Source: Candidatus Bathyarchaeia archaeon
GTDB taxonomy: Archaea; Thermoproteota; Bathyarchaeia; Bathyarchaeales; Bathycorpusculaceae
Length of the DNA: 21,795 nucleotides
Assembly (NCBI GenBank): GCA_049969855.1
Contig: JBMFOB010000021.1
Coordinates: forward strand, 1 to 21,795
Direction of reading: 5' to 3'
Shown piece after piece: positions 18,099-21,795 of the stretch. Under the pieces are notes generated by a model. That model was given only the letters and a program-made list of their open reading frames with translations. It ran no database searches and was not told the origin of the DNA. Each line of letters opens with the position of its first letter. Position 1 is the first letter of the stretch. The position numbers and the translations under genes are program-made.

Positions 18099-18123
18099 TC
18101 AATAAATATAAAAGCTTTATTGA
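18099..18123. promoter_or_regulatory. Perfect 8-bp inverted repeat enclosing the putative glnA TATA box; candidate operator
   Basis: TCAATAAA-tataaaagc-TTTATTGA; the minus strand reads AAAGC-TTTTATAT (BRE/TATA-like). Confidence 0.55.
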
Positions 18124-18192
18124 CAAAAATTAGAGCAAACGTTAAATAAACAATGTGTTATCTGAATAAATGTGCGGCGAGAGGTGGTGAAA

Positions 18193-18636
18193 ATGCAATT
18201 AGACAAAACAAGCGTCGAAATATTGAAAGCGTTAACCTTGGACGCAAGGCTTTCATCGCGGCAAATAGCCAAGCAATGTAAAAAGTCCGTGAGTACTGTT
18301 TTAGCGCGGATAAAGAGCATGGAAAAAGAGGGCATTATAAAGGGTTATTCAGCTTTGCTTGACCATGAAAAGCTTGGATACGAGTTGACTGTTGTTACCG
18401 AGTTGACAGTTTCTAAGGGTAGGCTTTTAGAGGTGGAAAGCGAGATTGCAAGGCTTCCAAATGTTTGCTGTGTTTATGATGTTACTGGCTTAACTGACGC
18501 TGTAGTAATTGCCAAGTTCAAAACTCGAGAAGAACTGAGCAAGTTCACGAAACGTTTGCTTTCCATACCTTATGTGGAACGCACAAACACTCATGTCGTT
18601 TTAACAACAGTGAAGGAAGACTTTCGGGTCATCTAA
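18193..18636 (+). CDS. Lrp/AsnC-family transcription regulator (ORF track start GTG 18172)
   Basis: LDKTSVEILKALTLDARLS..QIA HTH, RIKSMEKEGIIKGY, RAM domain VYDVTG..D; GAGGTG SD before ATG 18193. Confidence 0.95.
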   Translation: MQLDKTSVEILKALTLDARLSSRQIAKQCKKSVSTVLARIKSMEKEGIIKGYSALLDHEKLGYELTVVTELTVSKGRLLEVESEIARLPNVCCVYDVTGLTDAVVIAKFKTREELSKFTKRLLSIPYVERTNTHVVLTTVKEDFRVI

Positions 18637-18755
18637 CATTAGAAGTTGAATTCCGAATCTGAATTACAGAAACTAATCATCCTTATTTTGTCTTCATAAG
18701 CCTAATTTAACCCTTTTTCTAAAAACACTTTACAATTTGCGGTTGGATCTGTGTA

Positions 18756-18929
18756 TTGGTCAAGCAATATAGAACTGTTAAGTTGCCTGCGAAGATGCTT
18801 GAGGCTGTTGACTCCATTATTAAAAATAATCCTGAATGTGGATACAGCAGCATTGCAGATTTCGTTAAAGATTCTGTTAGGCATCATTATTGTTGGTTTG
18901 TTCATAAAATAAAATTTGAAGAAGAATAG
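18756..18929 (+). CDS. Ribbon-helix-helix (CopG-like) protein; absent from ORF track
   Basis: Manual translation from TTG: MVKQYRTVKLPAKMLEAVDSIIKNNPECGYSSIADFVKDSVRHHYCWFVHKIKFEEE* (57 aa); beta strand TVKLP plus GYSSIADFVKDSVR helix signature. Confidence 0.78.
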   Translation: MVKQYRTVKLPAKMLEAVDSIIKNNPECGYSSIADFVKDSVRHHYCWFVHKIKFEEE

Positions 18930-19000
18930 TTCTGTTATTATCTTGAATCATGGGTGACTCCCAAAACTTTTCTTTACAAAACAAATACTCAAGAATTAAA

Positions 19001-19162
19001 ATGAAAACTAAAAAAGCCCTAATTACCATTCTACTCGTCAAAGAAAGCGAAGAAAAATCTAATAAAGAGCTCGAAAAGGAAATTTTTGAGAGCCTGCGAA
19101 AGAGTTTACCAATGATTCCATGGTTTGCAAACGTGGAAAAAGTAAAGGTAATAGAAAGCTGA
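19001..19162 (+). CDS. Small hypothetical protein (53 aa; ORF track start 18950)
   Basis: MKTKKALITILLVKESEEKSNKELEKEIFESL...IPWFANVEKVKVIES has a protein-like beta-alpha-beta pattern; no family recognised. Confidence 0.55.
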   Translation: MKTKKALITILLVKESEEKSNKELEKEIFESLRKSLPMIPWFANVEKVKVIES

Positions 19163-19278
19163 AACCAGTTTAGCCATCACATCACTTTACTAAAGGTTAA
19201 AGTTCTTTTTCAGTTACGTAGTGAAAGCAAGATTTAATTTTAACCGTAAATTAGAGGATAAGAGGATACATTCCTAAA

Positions 19279-19363
19279 GCGGGGGTTGCCAAGCATGGCC
19301 AAAGGCGTAGGCCTGAGGCGCCTATCCCATAGGGGTTCGTGGGTTCAAATCCCACCCCCCGCA
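19279..19363 (+). tRNA. tRNA-Leu, anticodon GAG, intronless, CCA not encoded
   Basis: Acceptor GCGGGGG/CCCCCGC plus A73; anticodon arm TAGGC-CTGAGGC-GCCTA; long variable arm; T arm GTGGG-TTCAAAT-CCCAC. Confidence 0.96.
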
Positions 19364-19544
19364 TAAACAGAGCATTATACGGACGTATTTTGGCTAAAGA
19401 AGCTTTATTTTCGGATTTGTAGATGGAAGTTAAATTTCAACACGAATTGCCAGTAAAAATGGGTTTTCTTTTCGACAAATTAGAGAGACGCCTTGTTGTT
19501 TTAGCAAATGTAGGAGCTAAATGTCAGAATCCTTTATAACCGTT

Positions 19545-21077
19545 CTAGTGTGAGGTTTCTTTTATTGCGTGCATGATATCGCTTCTTGTTAATATCCCTA
19601 CCAATTTTTGTTTATCAATTTTGTCGATGACGAGAAGCCTTCCAACATTATACTTGTTCATTTTTTCGAGGGCTTCAGCGATGGAGTTTTCGGGGAAGAC
19701 TGTGACTAACTTTTTTGTGCAAATTTCAGCGATAGAAACGTTGCTCCGCTTTTCCCTTGCAATTTTCATTGCGTCTTGCAGTGTGACTATTCCAATGAGT
19801 TTATTTGACTCGTTGGTTAGTGGGAAGCCTATGTGATGATGCTCTGCTACTTTGTCAAAGAATTCATTTACCGTCATCGTAGGCGTTAATGTAATTATGT
19901 TTTTTGTCATTATTTGTTCCACTTTCATTTCTTTTAGCATGCTGATTTCGATTGGTGTTGGCTTTATGTAAAACTCTGCAGCTGTAGGTATTATTATGCC
20001 CTCTTTTTCCATGATTTTGGCTTCTTGCAATGCATTATTCCTTTTTTGGGTTGATATGTTTATTAAGTGTGCTAGCGTGTCTGGTTCTGTAGCTATTTCT
20101 TTGATTGTTAAGATTCCCTTTTCAACTGCCAGATTAAGCAAGTCTTCGCCTTTTCTGGTTCTGACTATTATTATTGACCAGTCTTTTAGTGGGGTTGCTC
20201 CGCCAACGCTTAGGTCCGCAAGTTCGGATGTGAAGTCTGTGCATGTTTTGCAGCGGTTCATGATGTGAGGTTTGATCTCCGACATGGGAATTCGGAGTGT
20301 GCCATTTTCCGTGCTTACAACGTATTCGTTCCCTTCCAAGTCAACATTCTTAATTTCGTTAGCTGCGACGCCATGTTCTTGAAAGAGATACTCTAATAGT
20401 CTGCCAAGTGAAAAAGTCCAGAGGCAAAAAAGCCCTACGGTTATTTCCAGACTGTCGATGAGTTTGTGTTGCCAAGCTTCAAGTTTTCGAAGGGCAAGGA
20501 TGTGACATGGGACGCCAACGAAGGCTATGTGAACTTTGCCATGTTCAAAAACTGCACGGCCGAAAGCTTCTGCAACCGCGCAGGGCATGATTTTTGAGTC
20601 AACTGCGGAAAGAGCATCATCTGGCACAAGACCTATTAGAGGCTTAACTTTTACGGCTAAACTTGGAGAAACTTTTGAAATGATTGCGCTGTCAATTATT
20701 TTTTGGTTAATTGCGAAATTGAGCAGAGCGTTTACAACTCCTCCGCTTTTTGTTGCTTCTCTTATTGTTGGGTTGGTGGCTTGTGCGAGTAGAATTTTTC
20801 TGTAACACCCCAAGGCTTCTCTTCTGTGTGGCGCATCTGCAACAAACCTTAATGTTTCATATAAAAGTGCGCTGGTGTGTGGGCATATGTCATAACAGAT
20901 TGGGCAAGTGTCTAAATGTTCAGAGCAATCATACAACCTCTCTGGCTTGTCTGTGACTTTTATTGCGTGGATTGGGCAAGCCGCTTCGCATGCGCCGCAT
21001 AGTGTGCAAAAATCATGGTCTATTACAAGCCTTTTTAAATCATCGAAAGCTATCAGCTTATTTTTGTTTGTCTCCAT
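19545..21077 (-). CDS. Coenzyme F420 hydrogenase/dehydrogenase beta-family subunit (FpoF/FrhB-like) fused to a C-terminal CBS-domain pair
   Basis: CTLCGACEAACP and CPICYDICP ferredoxin motifs; SGGVV, GVPC, GLFC, CKTCTDF..ELADLSVG; then VEQIMTK...IGIVTLQD and ICTK...VGILTRSD CBS motifs. Confidence 0.9.
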   Translation of the reverse strand: METNKNKLIAFDDLKRLVIDHDFCTLCGACEAACPIHAIKVTDKPERLYDCSEHLDTCPICYDICPHTSALLYETLRFVADAPHRREALGCYRKILLAQATNPTIREATKSGGVVNALLNFAINQKIIDSAIISKVSPSLAVKVKPLIGLVPDDALSAVDSKIMPCAVAEAFGRAVFEHGKVHIAFVGVPCHILALRKLEAWQHKLIDSLEITVGLFCLWTFSLGRLLEYLFQEHGVAANEIKNVDLEGNEYVVSTENGTLRIPMSEIKPHIMNRCKTCTDFTSELADLSVGGATPLKDWSIIIVRTRKGEDLLNLAVEKGILTIKEIATEPDTLAHLINISTQKRNNALQEAKIMEKEGIIIPTAAEFYIKPTPIEISMLKEMKVEQIMTKNIITLTPTMTVNEFFDKVAEHHHIGFPLTNESNKLIGIVTLQDAMKIAREKRSNVSIAEICTKKLVTVFPENSIAEALEKMNKYNVGRLLVIDKIDKQKLVGILTRSDIMHAIKETSH

Positions 21078-21109
21078 TTTGCGACCCCTCCATTTAATAT
21101 TTAGAGGAG

Positions 21110-21795
21110 TTATGGCATAAAAGGAAACTGCTGTATTACTGGGTCTATTAAGTTTAAAACAGCTGTTGGATAAACGCCTAAGACAATTATTACAATGACG
21201 AGGATGAACATTGGAACGAGCAGTTTTTTTGGCTCTTTAATTTTGGTTTCAGTTTCTTCCATCAGCTTTTTGCCATACATGTAGTTGATTAGCCTCAAAA
21301 GGTATGCAGCTTGGATGACGCTTGTTAAGACGCCTATCACTGCTAGCCAGCCAAGGTTGCCTTCTATTGCTGATGTAAAAACTAAATATTTGGCCATGAA
21401 ACCAGCGAACACGGGGACTCCGATGAATGAAAAAGCAGCTAAAGTTAAGGCTAAACTCGTAAGTGGCATTTTTCTTCCAACTCCAGAAAAGTCTTCTAAG
21501 GTTTTGAAGCCCATGCTGTTGAATATTCCTACAGTCATAAACGCGAGGGCTGTTGTTACTCCACCAGTAAAGAAGAAGTAGAGGTTTCCCATTATGCCCA
21601 GCGGTGTTACGCTTGTTATCGCCACAAGATTGTAGCCCACATCTGCAATGCATATGTAAGCGATTAAACGTTTCACGTTTCTTTCAGTCAAAGCAAGCAA
21701 GTTACCAACAACCATAGTTAACGCTGAGAGGACTGCAAACATGAAGTTCCATGGCAAAACGGTTGGCGGGGTCAAAATGTAAATGAGAACTCTTA
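21110..21795 (-). CDS. nuoN: Complex I-like antiporter subunit N (NuoN/FpoN), 5' end outside window
   Basis: TMVVGNLLAL...NVKRLIAY, FSFIGVPVFAGFMAKYLVF, many TM helices; frame stays open to the window edge. Confidence 0.85.
   Translation of the reverse strand, partial: RVLIYILTPPTVLPWNFMFAVLSALTMVVGNLLALTERNVKRLIAYICIADVGYNLVAITSVTPLGIMGNLYFFFTGGVTTALAFMTVGIFNSMGFKTLEDFSGVGRKMPLTSLALTLAAFSFIGVPVFAGFMAKYLVFTSAIEGNLGWLAVIGVLTSVIQAAYLLRLINYMYGKKLMEETETKIKEPKKLLVPMFILVIVIIVLGVYPTAVLNLIDPVIQQFPFMP

Noticed and set aside
18702-18905. 67-aa minus-strand ORF in the track
   Set aside because: Antisense to the + strand RHH ORF (18756-18929), which has a recognisable family signature.
19253-19268. Tandem AGAGGATA x2 upstream of the tRNA
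   Set aside because: Only two 8-bp copies; plausibly chance, no array structure.
19423-19539. 38-aa + strand ORF after the tRNA (MEVKFQHELP...)
   Set aside because: Short, no SD, no recognisable motif; cannot be supported.
18640-19544. Integrated mobile element at tRNA-Leu
   Set aside because: No integrase or transposase, and no duplicate of the tRNA 3' end found by eye in the window.
1-21795. CRISPR array, rRNA, selenocysteine/pyrrolysine readthrough or programmed frameshift
   Set aside because: No regularly spaced repeats or rRNA-like sequence; recognised genes appear complete without needing recoding.

Overview
Archaeal chromosomal housekeeping region; gene content and frequent TTG/GTG starts suggest a TACK archaeon, probably Bathyarchaeia (inference). 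In order: rfcS (partial) and rfcL; a tightly packed minus-strand run of translin, endonuclease V, a YhaM-like HD nuclease and a stand-alone tRNA-binding OB protein; a small AbrB-like protein; wyosine synthase taw1; a strongly divergent SHMT-like PLP enzyme; a sequon-rich surface protein; an 8-Cys protein; rpoP (missed by the ORF track); a Trm5/Taw2-family methyltransferase next to Trm112; a nucleotide-sugar trio whose UDP-sugar dehydrogenase has lost its catalytic residues; a creatininase-family gene; fused guaA and glnA with a divergent Lrp; an unlisted RHH protein, a small ORF and tRNA-Leu(GAG); and the end of a complex-I-like operon (nuoN/fpoN) followed by an FrhB/FpoF-type subunit fused to a CBS pair. 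No CRISPR array, integrase or transposase is visible. The best leads are the FpoF-CBS fusion, the four-gene nuclease cluster, the remodelled SHMT homolog and the dehydrogenase pseudoenzyme. All family calls come from motif recognition by eye; no searches were run.
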